Shown: one piece after another, positions 1 through 12,000 of the stretch | Position numbering within the stretch: position 1 is the stretch's first letter | Layout of the letters: every line of letters starts with the position of its first letter | Assembly (NCBI GenBank): GCA_051294375.1 | Contig: CM119271.1 | Location: 11,613,896 to 11,677,895 of the forward strand | Length of the DNA stretch: 64,000 nucleotides | Direction: 5' to 3' | DNA from: Paraspadella gotoi | Lineage: Eukaryota; Animalia; Chaetognatha | Translations under genes and position numbers: made by a program | The notes under the pieces: generated by a model | Database searches by the model: none | What the model saw: only the letters and a program-made list of their open reading frames with translations | Told to the model about the DNA's origin: nothing

Positions 1-3000
1 GGGTTCTTGACAGACGAACCAAGATGGCGTCGCGTCGTCTAAATTCGAACCAGAGATTCTGGATTGTGTCACTTGAAAACCGCGAGATTGGACAGTGGGT
101 AGAGGGGTACGTGCACAAATGACGCCGGCAGCTTCTCCCTCGCGGCAATCGTGATTGTTCGAGTGGTCACAGGACAAGAGTCGGGATTCGTGACCATTGC
201 AGTTGACATCGTCTATTATAAAATTAGATGGAACTTTTCCAAATCTTGATTCTTTTGTAACTTGAAAAACATTCAAACCGAATTCCCTACAAACGACTTT
301 CGCGTCATTCAAATCCCAATTATCATCGCAAACTGGTCGACCATTGAGAAAAACGTTTCCCTCAAAAATATCGGACCCGCCCACCAGAGACAAGTCGGTC
401 CTTTGTTTCGGAGAGACATGCTTAATCCTCCAAGTTGCTCCAGGCGCCAACTTTTCAGCTGCATCAACAAATATCGACTCATTCACTTTCAAAGTCGCTT
501 CATCAGGAATTCGACCAGAAAATCTTTCAGCACAAAACTTTTCAGATTCATTTTTGTTCAACTGTGTTTGTATGAATCTGAAACATTTTTTTGTTCGAAC
601 GATTTCAATCTTGACTGAGTGACGGATTTCTGAGAAATTGACACAGACGGGGGCAGAGATGAAATCATCAAAATCAGTTACATTTATATCTTGGATTGCA
701 GTGACATTGGCATGGGTATCGTCAAAATCTCTTGTGTTGTTTTGAAATTCGCAGACAAACTTTTTCCACTTTTTACAGAAGTCAAAATTCCAGTTGTGTA
801 CAGAATTTCCAAATGCATGAAAAACCAAACATACATTCTCTTCATTTCCACCAGCGAATCGATTCCAGTCGCTGAAGCTGAGATTCATAGAGGTTCCACT
901 TTGATGCCACCGCCAATCATTACCTCCTCCTCCTCTTCCTCCTCCCATAACATTACTTCCTCCAACCCAAAATTCTTCTTCCCTCAAATTTGTTGCCAAC
1001 CACAAATTCTCTTTCGGTCCCTCGATTTCTGCCAGAAATCCTCCCATTGCATTGCAAGACTCAACACTCATTTTCCATGAGGCTCTTCTCTCTGAAATCC
1101 AGTAGCAAGATTCACCATTTTTACGACAAAGGTTTGGTTGTGGATTATTATCTGTAGTATCATCTTTAGATGGTGCATTAAAGCCGTTCATTGCTGGCGT
1201 CTCACAAACAACTCGGCTTACATTGCTGCATCGCTTGGTGTACCAATATCCATCTAGTCGAAGGATTACACAGGAATAGTAAAAAGCTTCATTGTCTCTC
1301 CACAACCCTCGGATAACTGATTCGGTCTGATCTTCCAAATTTTCTGAAACCACATCAGGCAGGGTCTTGTTCCAAACCCATTTTCCTTCCCAATCGGCTC
1401 CCGATTTCTCTAAGCCAATCCAGAAATCCCGATCCACATTTCTCTGCAGGAATTCGAATTCCTCTTTATTCTCAATGACAGGCAGACGTCCCCCGATGGC
1501 GGCGCAGAATTCCGCCGCCGCTGCCCGCGTCATCGCCGCTATATAGTCCGCCGAATAAAAATAACATTTGTGCCAAAATCCTTTTGGGCCGACGGCGTCA
1601 TAATCTCGGCGTCGACCGTCGGGACAAACGAATCTCGGCGTCCGATAATCGTGGAGGGTCGTTCGTTTGAAGAGGTCATCCAGGGTCGTGGAGATGGAGT
1701 TGGTCTGTGCGACGAGAGATTGGAAGGGACGCTCTACGTCGATGCTGAGGTTGGAGACGTTGACCAAGCGATTGACGAGATATTTGGAGTGAGGGTTGGT
1801 TCGTTTTGAAGGAGGTGAACGATTTGTTTCGGATGACAATTTTTTCTCAATTCTTTTCAAGGAAACATTCCAGTTGTGATTAAATTCCACTAGCGTCCAT
1901 TTCATTTCCGACAGTTCGTCTTTCGATTCCGCTAGAGTTGAAGAAATTTCCACTAATTTGGGTAGATTTTCCATCTGTGCAACTTTCATTTCCGTCAGTG
2001 TCTCATTGATGTTTGAGAAAATGTTTTGAGTTTTTTCTGTAGTCAGGAATGTTTGTCCAATGTTTTGTAAATTGTAATCAGTTAATGACTGATGAGAATT
2101 CGTGACATTAAAACTTGATTGAAACGAAGCTAATTGAACTTCGAGAATTTCTGATTGAATTATTTTGGTGTCGGTCAATGTCGACTTGACTTCAATCATA
2201 ACATCTTTTGCTTCTTCTTGCAATTTCACTAATTTCTTCATCAGCGATGTCATTTCGATTTGAGCTGATTTGGCTTCCATTTGCAAAAACTTAGACTCGG
2301 AAAAAGTTGATTTTATTTCCAATTTGTCCTGTGCTTGGAGGAGCCTGGACTGTGCTTGTTCCGACCTTAACTGAGCTTGCTCCGACCGGAAAGCTTCTGT
2401 GAGATTTTTTAGACCCACAATTCCTTCGTGAAATTCAGACGTCATGTTTTGCAGAAATTCGCCAATTTTTGTTTCGAATAAAATTGAGTTTTCTTCATCG
2501 CGGCCGCCGCCGCCGCCGCCGCCTCCGCCGCCGCCGCCGCCGCCTCCATCCCTGCTTGAGACAAATCTCTCATTGGAGACTCTCAATTCCTTCGTCAACT
2601 TCTCGATGGCTTCGACGAGTCTGTCGTCCCGCCCTCCAGATTGTCCATCTTCTTTGCTCAACACTCTGACGGATTCCGTCGAAGCGTCCAAAGTCTTCAG
2701 CGCTGAAGCTTCGCTCGAATCTTTCGTCGTTTCTCTCAATCTCTTCGTGATTTCGTCGATGTCATCCTTAGTCATTTCGCTAGAATCTTTAGTCACGTCG
2801 TCGATGTCATCCTTAGTCATTTCCGTTTTATTTTTTTTCGTAATGTCGCGGAGAAACGTTGCCATGACAACGAGCGAGGCGACGCCGAGTCCGAAAAAAC
2901 AAATCCATTTGCAGAAATTGGAGATATTTTTACCATCGAAACCTGAAGACGGTTAACCGATCATTTGATTAACTTGAAGTTTCAAGCCGACAACTCGCAT

Positions 3001-3428
3001 AATAACTATTATATAATATAATATATATATATATATAATATTATATATTATGTATACAATAATAACTATTATAACATAAGAATTTGGGTTAGAGATTATG
3101 AAAAAGGGTTATTATTAATGATTAGAGTAGGGTCAGTAATTAGTTTAAAGATTAATATTATAAATCAAGTTATATGTTTGGTATAACATTATGATTAAAT
3201 AATAAGGTTAAAATTATTGGGTCGATCTGAGAAAAAAGCGCCAATTAACTCACCCAACTTCAATTTTTTTCTTTTTCTTTCTTCTCCAAAAATCGATTTT
3301 CTTGAAGTTAGATCAACGGATTCCAAATCGGCGTACGAGGCAGTTGCCGACGCAGTTGCCGATGCAGTTGCCGACGCAGCGGATGTCGGCGCCATAGGCG
3401 TCATTTGTATTTCGTCGCTACGATTCAT
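1..3428 (-). CDS. Type II transmembrane C-type lectin / SRCR scavenger-receptor-like protein (3'-partial, >=1039 aa). Exon 1 is 3428-3254 and exon 2 is 2942-<1
   Basis: Hand translation shows the minus frame 2940->1 is stop-free for 980 codons. Exon 1 (MNRSDEIQ...SYADLE...KKLKLG) ends at G|GTGAGT (3254) and joins in phase 1 to CTTCAG|GT (2942). Then come the TM segment WICFFGLGVASLVVMATFL (~2907-2851) and a helical stalk with poly-Gly. CTLD1 (~1626-1201) has KCYFY..AAAEFCAAIGGRLPVIE..FWIGL..WVW..C..WYTKRC..VVCE. CTLD2 (~1128-748) has SCYWIS..SWKMSVESCNAMGGFLAEI..FWVGG..WRW..C..WNFDFC..FVCE. The SRCR (~393-115) has LVGG..EGNVFLNGRPVCDDNWDLNDAKVVCREFG..IDDVNCNGHESRLLSC..HDC..GEAAGVIC, with 6 Cys (group A type). 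Confidence 0.93.
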
Positions 3429-4208
3429 AACGAAAACCGGAGCCGAGATTAATAAGTTTAAAAATTTGTCAATGTCGTTTGTTAGTCCAAATTTTTATTA
3501 CTGATCCAAATAGTTAACTCGGGTTTTTATACAATTTTGTCTTAGTTAACGAAATTGTTTATAATTATATTCCTCTTTTTTTTTCATCGGAATGACCGAA
3601 GAAAATTCGGCCATCTTTTCCAAAAGCGTCCAGTTTCTCTTTAAATTTAAAAATAAATTTTTTTCTAAGGTTTAATAATTAAGTAAGAGTTGAAGGATAA
3701 AGATTAGGTGAAGGTTTGTGATTAAGTAAAGGATTTGATTATGGATTACGGTTATTAGTTAATAAATAAGTTATGGATTTAAGATTAAAATCAAGAATAA
3801 TGGTCAAGCATCAGGATTAAGGATTAAAAATTTGATTCAATATTAAAAAAAAATTAAAATTAAATTTTAAGATTAAAATTAAAATTTGGCGCAGAAATGT
3901 GGCACTCTCGGACAATAGTGCCGAAAATTCTATCCGGGCGACGACGTCGGCTTGAAACTTGAGTTTTTTTTTCAGATTCTAAGCTAAAAAAAAAGAATAA
4001 TACGAAAAAAGAATAAATTTTGATCGAATACTCGATATTATATAAGGAAATGCGGGTCAAGTAACATTTTGTTTTTCAGACTTGAATTACGACGCAATTC
4101 TCGGAAATGCATTTAACAATTTAGATTTTTGATATTTTTACGATGAGGGGATGAATCGCTGCTATAGAAACCAGTTGGTTGAACATTTTCGTTTATCAAT
4201 TATGTGAG

Positions 4209-4248
<40 letters not shown>

Positions 4249-4526
4249 TTACTTGCTTCCATCGCTATCAACCAAAGCGAAAACATAGTCGCCATATGTA
4301 CAACTATGCTTTCTAGTTGGTTTCCTACTATGTTGTTCTCGCTCACATTTCGTTTTAACCATAAACAATTAAGCATGAGTTGGCCACTAAATGACCACCA
4401 AATAGCCTCCAAATGACCACCAAATAGCCTCCCAGTTAAAAAATGAAATCTCAAAACCTGTGTTTTACTTTAAATTATCCAAATGATTTTACCGACGAAA
4501 TAAAAATGAAAGGTCAAACTCAATTT

Positions 4527-4628
4527 AGCCAATGAGAAGCAAGAAAAAATAAATACATCCGTCCAAATTCAGCCAATCAGAGTTTAGAGGGAAAAAAAAC
4601 GAAAAGCCGGATTAGATTCAGCCAATCA
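4527..4628 (+). promoter_or_regulatory. Cluster of three CCAAT boxes (NF-Y-type AGCCAATSA)
   Basis: AGCCAATGAG (CCAAT at 4529), AGCCAATCAG (4573) and AGCCAATCAG (4622) share orientation and are 44-49 bp apart. They lie ~1.1 kb upstream of the lectin receptor ATG. Confidence 0.4.
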
Positions 4629-4987
4629 GAAGTGGGAAAAATCGTCACCATAGATTTGGCTCGAGGCCCGCGGGAAAATAATCACGACAAGGAAGACAAC
4701 AACAACAACAACGACCACAATAACGACAACGAAGATAACAACAACAACAACAATGACAACAACTACGACGACGCAAAATCTTTATCGAAACCCGAAGAAA
4801 CGCGAGGTGAAGCTAACTCGTCCAAAGAATTAGGGGGCGGCGGCGGCGGCGGCGGCGGCGNNNNNNNNNNNNNNNNNNNNNNNNNGCGGCGGCGGCGTTT
4901 AAACTCCGGGATAAAAAATCTGCAATTCAAAAAAAATCCGCCCCACCCACTTCCTGGGTATTTTTACTAAAAGGGAGGAGAGAGAGA

Positions 4988-5030
<43 letters not shown>

Positions 5031-6778
5031 TGAGAGAGAAGAGAGAGTGGTACCATTGGAATCGGAAATGGATCCGAAAAACTTCATTGTGAAAGAACAA
5101 GAAAGAAGACAAGAAAGAAAGAGAAAGAAAAGAAGAAAAGAAAGAAAAGCGAAGATAGAAGAAGAAAATGAAGAAAGAGAAAAAAAGAGAAGAGAAGAAA
5201 GAAGCCAGGAATATTCATCGACGCCGCAACGTGGCATCAATGTCCCTCGCAATTTTCTTTGGTCGCCAGACGATTCTGCTGCCGCATTTCATTTCGCGCC
5301 CCGAGTGAGAGAAAAAGTCAGAAGCGGAAAGAGAGAAGCGGAAAAGAGAAGCGGAAAGAGAGAAGCGGAAAAGAGATACGCAATAATGAAAGGAATGCGA
5401 ACAGAAATAAAAAAAAGAGAAAAAGAAAAATAATAAGAAAACCAAAAAGATTGAAAAGAAAGGAAATTTAAAATAGAAAGAAAAAAAATTGAAAGTTTAA
5501 AACCAAAAAAATTATGGGGTTGAAAAGGAAAAGAAAACTAAGGCTGCGCCTATCATTTGTAAATCGCATGATGTGGTTAAAAAATCATATTTTAATTAAT
5601 CTAATTTATTAAATATTTATTATTAGAAGACGTTAAAAAATTGTTGGTAAAATTTCAACGTCTGTCTAATAGTCAAAACAGCAACGAAATTGAAAGGATA
5701 TCACCGATGTCTATAATGATATTTGATTATAATATTTTTTTAAAAATTTTTAAGTAAAAATAATTAAATTCTTTGAAAACAGAATTTTTTATTATTATTA
5801 AACCAAATAACATTTTGTTTAAAAAACATAAAAGAAAAGAGTTGTCTGCTTTAAAAAACTAATAAAATTTTATTGGTTCTAAGTTTGAACAAAAATATTT
5901 TTTATTAGTTTTATTATTTTTGAACAACAATTTAATTGCCACGAAACAAAAGAAATTACAAAATTAGGGTTTTGTGGGCTGTTTACGGTAAATCGTCTAA
6001 GCGTATTTTTACAAAAAAAGGATTTTTTTCGTCTAAATTGAAGAAAGAAATTCGGTTCCATCTTTGGATCCGAGCTCTGCCACGCCCTAAATCACGGTGC
6101 AGAGCGAAATTCGGTATAACGACTTGGCTTAAATGTCAATTCTTTACAACTTAGAATCTCAACCCCCCTGAAGACGAGAGAGAGCAGAGAGAGAGAGAGA
6201 GGGGAAGAAGAGAGAGAGAGAGATAGAGACGAGAGAGAGAGAGAGAGAGAGAGATTTGGGCATGGAATGTACGATGACAGGAGAAGACGACGACGGACGA
6301 CGACAGAGCGACAATGATAATGACGATAACCACAAACGATTAATTAGAAAAATAAATTTTGTCGAATCTCAAAGGAAAAGAAAGAAAGAGAAAATATAAT
6401 ATAAAAAATGAATAATAAAAAAAATAATAAAATTCTTGAATTTAACTTAAAAGGGCAGAAAAGAAAAATTCTAAAATTTATATTTTTAATTCGATAGATA
6501 AAAAAAAAAAAAAAACTGAGAGGGGACGAGCTCCTCTGGTCCAAAAAGAGGGAGCGATATGATATTGTTCAATTGAAATTTAGAAATGAAATGTCAAGTA
6601 CAGAATGACCGATTTGCAACCGAAAATTAATTTCCTCTTTTCCATCAAATTGCGTTTTTTGGGGTCAAAAGCAGAAAAAACTTTTATTTGTCGCTAAAAA
6701 CTTCAACTGAATTTCGTAAAATCAAAGTTAAAGGATTTAATGATAAATCATCTTCGCTTTGAAAATATAAATTATACT

Positions 6779-7040
6779 TGTATGGGCTGCTCGTGACGGC
6801 GTGTGGGCGTGACCGTAAGGGGAGAAAAGGCTCGGACGTCCGACGGTCGTGATTCGATATCTGCGTCTCACTTGCCCCGTTTCTCAAGAGAGATAGAACG
6901 CGACGACGATTATGAAGACGATGAAGAAACGTGAAACGGGATATCCCGATTATATTTTACATGAAGAATTGTTTAAGAATCGGGGGAAGCTCCCTTCGCC
7001 CCGCACTGACGTCGTATTGTTTAAGACCGTTTGTTAAACC
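6779..7040 (+). mobile_element. ~260-bp SINE-like interspersed repeat (family A)
   Basis: It is colinear with the reverse complement of 51572-51836 (CGTGACCGTA..GACGTCCG..GATTCGATATCTGCGTCTCACT..GAAGACGATGAA..ATCCCGATTAT..TTAAGACCGTTTGTT). It has a B-box-like GATTCGATATC. A further copy at ~15266-15518 lies within a probable artefactual duplicate. Confidence 0.65.
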
Positions 7041-7805
7041 AATTAATGTTTTAATGGCCTTTTTATATTTTTAAATACTTAATTAAAAACTTATTGTTAA
7101 AAGAAAACTTGTTAATTTTTTTTCAAACACGATGAAGACTCTAACTGCAGAAGTCGACATGTCTGCTGTAAACTTACCTAATTACAATTCGTTGCCAAAA
7201 ACAAATCAAATTGTTTTCTCCTAAGGACTTAATTAGAAACCGTTTTAATTGTCTCCTAAATTAGTAATAAACAAACAACATTTGAAAAAGCGATCGTCGC
7301 CAAAAATCGCGAGGCGGATCAAAAAAATACTTTTAAGGATTATATCTGAGATCAAACATGAATTAACTATTTATAAATTTAAAGGAGCATGATTGACTCC
7401 CCTACTTTAATACGTATGACATCTAACTACCCACATTTTTATCTAACTTACCCATAACCGTTACCAACCTTCCAACCCGCAAGACCTACTTACTCGAGAA
7501 TTTTTCGAAAAGTAAAAAGTTTGAATTGGGGCCTTCAATTCCGTCGGCACTGACGGCCCGAGTTCTCGCGGCGCCAGAAGTAGCGACCGGGAATTGAGGG
7601 AGCAATCCTAGCGCGCTGGCCGCCGTCCGGCCAGCGGGCCGACGCGACGGCGCAGCGAGTAAGGAAAAGCGAGCAGCGTACGTCCATTGTGGCAGCAGAC
7701 GAAAACAAAGCCATGCTGGGGATAAGACGAGATGTCCATTGATCGGGTTTGATTTGAATGGCTTTGAAGAATGTTGTGGTTTGAATTGAAATGTTGTGGG
7801 TTTGA

Positions 7806-7839
<34 letters not shown>

Positions 7840-7925
7840 CAAAGCAAGATAGAAAGAAAGAAAAGAAGAAAGAGAATAAAAAAGAGAGAAAGAGAGAATG
7901 AGAGAAAGAGAGAAAGAAAGAAGGA

Positions 7926-7981
<56 letters not shown>

Positions 7982-8132
7982 AAACAAGAAATAGAATAAA
8001 AAAGAGAGAAAGAGAGAAAGAAAGAAAGTTAAAGAGTCATTCGTATTTTGAACTTGTGCAAAACATTCGTTAGAAAGAAAAGAGAAAGTGACGTCATTTC
8101 AAAATCTAAAAACCTTTTAAAACATTTAAAAA

Positions 8133-8213
8133 TGTCTTCTTTCTTGTTCTTTCACAATGAAGTTTTTCGGATCCATTTCCGATTCCAATGGTACCACTCT
8201 CTCTTCTCTCTCA

Positions 8214-8256
<43 letters not shown>

Positions 8257-8346
8257 TCTCTCTCTCCTCCCTTTTAGTAAAAATACCCAGGAAGTGGGTG
8301 GGGCGGATTTTTTTTGAATTGCAGATTTTTTATCCCGGAGTTTAAA

Positions 8347-8382
<36 letters not shown>

Positions 8383-9046
8383 GCCCCGCGCCGCCTGCCG
8401 CCGCCTCGCCGGCCGCCGCCTGCCGCCGCCAATATCTTTGGACGAGTCTTAGCTTCACCTCCGCTTTCTTCGGGTTTTTCGATAAAGATTTGCGTCGTTC
8501 GTAGTTGTTGTCATTGTTTTGTTGTTGTTATCATTCGTTGTCGTATGGTCGTTTCGTGGTGTTGTGTCTTCCTTTGTTCGTGATTATTTTCCCGCGGGCC
8601 TTTCGAGCCGAAATCATATAGGTGACGATCTTTTTCCCACTTCTGGATTGGCTGAATCTTAATCCGTGCTTTTTCGTTTTTTTTCCCTCTAAACTTCTGA
8701 TTGGCTGAATTTGACGATGCTGGTATTTATTTTTTTTCTTGCTTCTCATTGGGCTAGAATTTGAGTTTAACCTTTCATTTTTTTATTTCGTCGGTAAAAA
8801 TCATTTGGATAATTTTAAAGTAAAACACAGTTGAGATTTCAATTTTTTAACTGGGAGGCTATTTGGTGGTCATTTGGAGGACTATTGGTTGGTCATTTAG
8901 TGGCCAACTCATGCTAAATTGTTATGGTTTAAAACGAAATGTGAGTCGAAGAACAACATAGTAGGAAACCAACTAGAGCATTAGTTGTACATATGGAACG
9001 ACTATGGGTTTTCGCTTTAGCGTTGATACGCGATGGAAGCAAGTAA

Positions 9047-9097
<51 letters not shown>

Positions 9098-12000
9098 CTT
9101 CCGTCTCACATTAATTGATAAACGAAAATGTTTCAACCAACTGTTTTCTATGAGCAGCGAGGTTTCATCCCTCATACGTAAAAATATCAAAAATCTAAAT
9201 TGTTTAAATGCATTTCCGAGAATTGCGTCGTAATTCAAGTCTGAAAAACAAATGTTTACTTGACCCGCATTTCCTTATATAATATCGAGTATTTCGCATC
9301 AAAAATTATTCTTTTTTCGTATTATTCTTTTTTTTAGCTTAGAACTGGAAAAAAAAAACTCAAGTTTCAAGCCCGACGTCGTTCGTCGCCACGGTATAGA
9401 ATTTTCGGCACTTATGTCCGAAAGAGTGCCACAAGTATCTGCGCCAAATTTTAATTTAATTCTTAAAATTTAATTTAATTTTTTTTAATATTGAATCAAA
9501 TTTTTTCAATCCTTGAATCCTGATGCTTGACCATTATTCTTGATTTAATCTTAAATCCATACTTATTTATTAACTTAATAACCGTAATCCATAATTCAAA
9601 TCCTTTACTTAATCACAAAACCTTTCAACCTAATCTTTATCCTTCAACTTCTTACTTAATTATTAAAAACCTTAGAAAAAAATTATTTTTTAAAATTTAA
9701 AGAGGGAAGAAACTGGAACGCTTCTTGGAAAAGATGGGACCGGAATATTTCTTTCGGTCATCCGATGAAAAAAAAAGAGGAATATATTAATTATAAACAA
9801 TTTCGTTAAACTAAGACAAATATTGTATAAAAAAACCCGAGGTTAACTATTGGAATCAGTAATAAAAATTTGGACTTAACAAACGACATTGACAAATTTT
9901 TAACTTAATAAAATTCTTCTGGCTCCCTGTTCGTTATTTGAATCGTAGTACGTCGAAATACAAAATGACGCCTATGGCGCCGACATTCCGCTGCGTCGGC
10001 AACTGCATCGGCAACTGCGTCGGCAACTGGCCTCGTACCGCCGATTTGGAATCCGTTGATCTAACTTCAAGAAAATCGCATTTTTGGAGAAAGTAAAGAA
10101 AAAAAAGAAAAAAAGAAAAAAATTGAAGTTAGGTGAGTTTAAATTTGGCCATTTTTTCTCAGATCGACCCAATAATTTAACCTTATTATTTAATCAGTAA
10201 TGTTATACCAAACATATAACTTGATTTATAAATATTAATCTTTAAACTAATTACTGACCCTACTCTAATCATTTAATAATACCCTTTTCATAATCATCAC
10301 ACCCAAATTCTTATTGTTATGATAGTTATTATTGTATATACATAAGTATATAATATTATTATATATATAATATATATTATATAATAGTTATTAATGCGAG
10401 TTGTTCGGCTTGAAACTTCAAGTTAATCAAATTGATCGGTTAACCCGTCTTCAGGTTTCGGATGGTAAAAAATATCTACCAATTTCTGCAAATGGTATTG
10501 TTTTTTTCGGGACTCGGCATGGACGACTCTCATTCTCGTTCGTACGACCATGACTGTTCGCCTCGCTCGTGTCATTGGCATTCAATAAGCATGGTAATAG
10601 AGCCGCTTCTCCGCGACATTACTAAAAAAAAATAAACGGAAATGACGTAAGGATATTGACATCGACGTACGTGACTAAAGATTCTAGCGAAATGACTAAG
10701 GATGACATCGACGAAATCACGAAGGAGCATGAGAGAAAACGACGAATAGATTACGAGCGAAGCTTCAGCGCTGAAGGTAACTTTGGACGCTTCCGACGGA
10801 ATCCGTCAGAGTGTTGAGCCAAAGAAGAGGAACAAATCTGGAGGGCGGCTTGAGACAGGACTTCGTCGAAGCCATCGAGGAAGTTGACGAAGGAATTGAG
10901 AGTCTCCAATGAGAGATTTGTCTCAAAGCAGGGATGGAGGCGGCGGCGGCGGCGGCGGCGTCGGCGGCGGCGTGTGGGCGGCGGCGGCGGGGTCGGCGGC
11001 GGCCGCTATGAAGAAAACTCAATTTTATTCGCAAACAAAAAATTGGCGAATTTCTGCCAAAAACAATGACAGTCTGAATTCACGAAGGAAATTGGTGCGT
11101 CTAAAAAATCTTTAAGAAGCTTTCCGCGTCGGAGCAAGCCTCAGTTAAGGTCGGAACAAGCACAGTCCAGGAAGGCTCCTCAAAGCACAGGACAAATTGG
11201 AAATAAATATCAACTTTTTCCGATGTCTAAGTTTTTGCAAATGGTAAGCCCAAATCAGCTCAAATCGGAAATGACATCCATGCTCATGAAGAAATTAGTG
11301 AAATTGCTAAGAAGAAGCAAAAGATGTATATGATTGAAGCATGTCGACATTGACCGACACCAATAATAATTCAATCAGAAATTCTCGAAGTTCAATTAGC
11401 TTCGTTTCAATCAAGTTTCAATGTCACGAATTCTTCATCAGTCATTAACTGATTACAATTTACAAAAAACATTGGACAACCATTCCTGACTACAGAAAAA
11501 ACTCAAAACATTTTCTCAAACATCAATGAGAACACTTGACGGAATGAAAAGGTCTGCACAGATGGAAAATCTACCCAAATTAGTGGAAATTTCTTTCAAT
11601 CTAGCGGAATCGAAAGACGAAACGCTGTTCTGAAATGAATATTGAGACGTTCTTAGTTTATGGGAAGTTTTACATCACAATTCATGGAAGTGTTCCTTTG
11701 AATGTTGTTTGTAATGCAATTTGAGATTTAAAAATATGTTCATTCCTGAAACAAAATTATTCGTGTTCATCTCTCTTCAAATCAGTCAAACGAACTCAAC
11801 ACTCATTATTTCATATTAATATGCTCGTGCAATCGACGAGGTTTTGTGCATAATTCTGCTCTCTAACGACCTGCGACGTTCATCGACGTTAGAGCGTCCC
11901 TTCGTAATCCAATCTCCTCAGTCGCACAGACAATCTCCATCTCCACGTCGACCTGGATTGACCTCTTCAAACGAACGACCGCTACCCACGATTATCGGAC

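Noticed and set aside
262-2956. Plus-strand ORFs in the track (118, 129, 170 aa and others)
   Set aside because: They are antisense shadows of the long minus-strand CTLD/SRCR exon.
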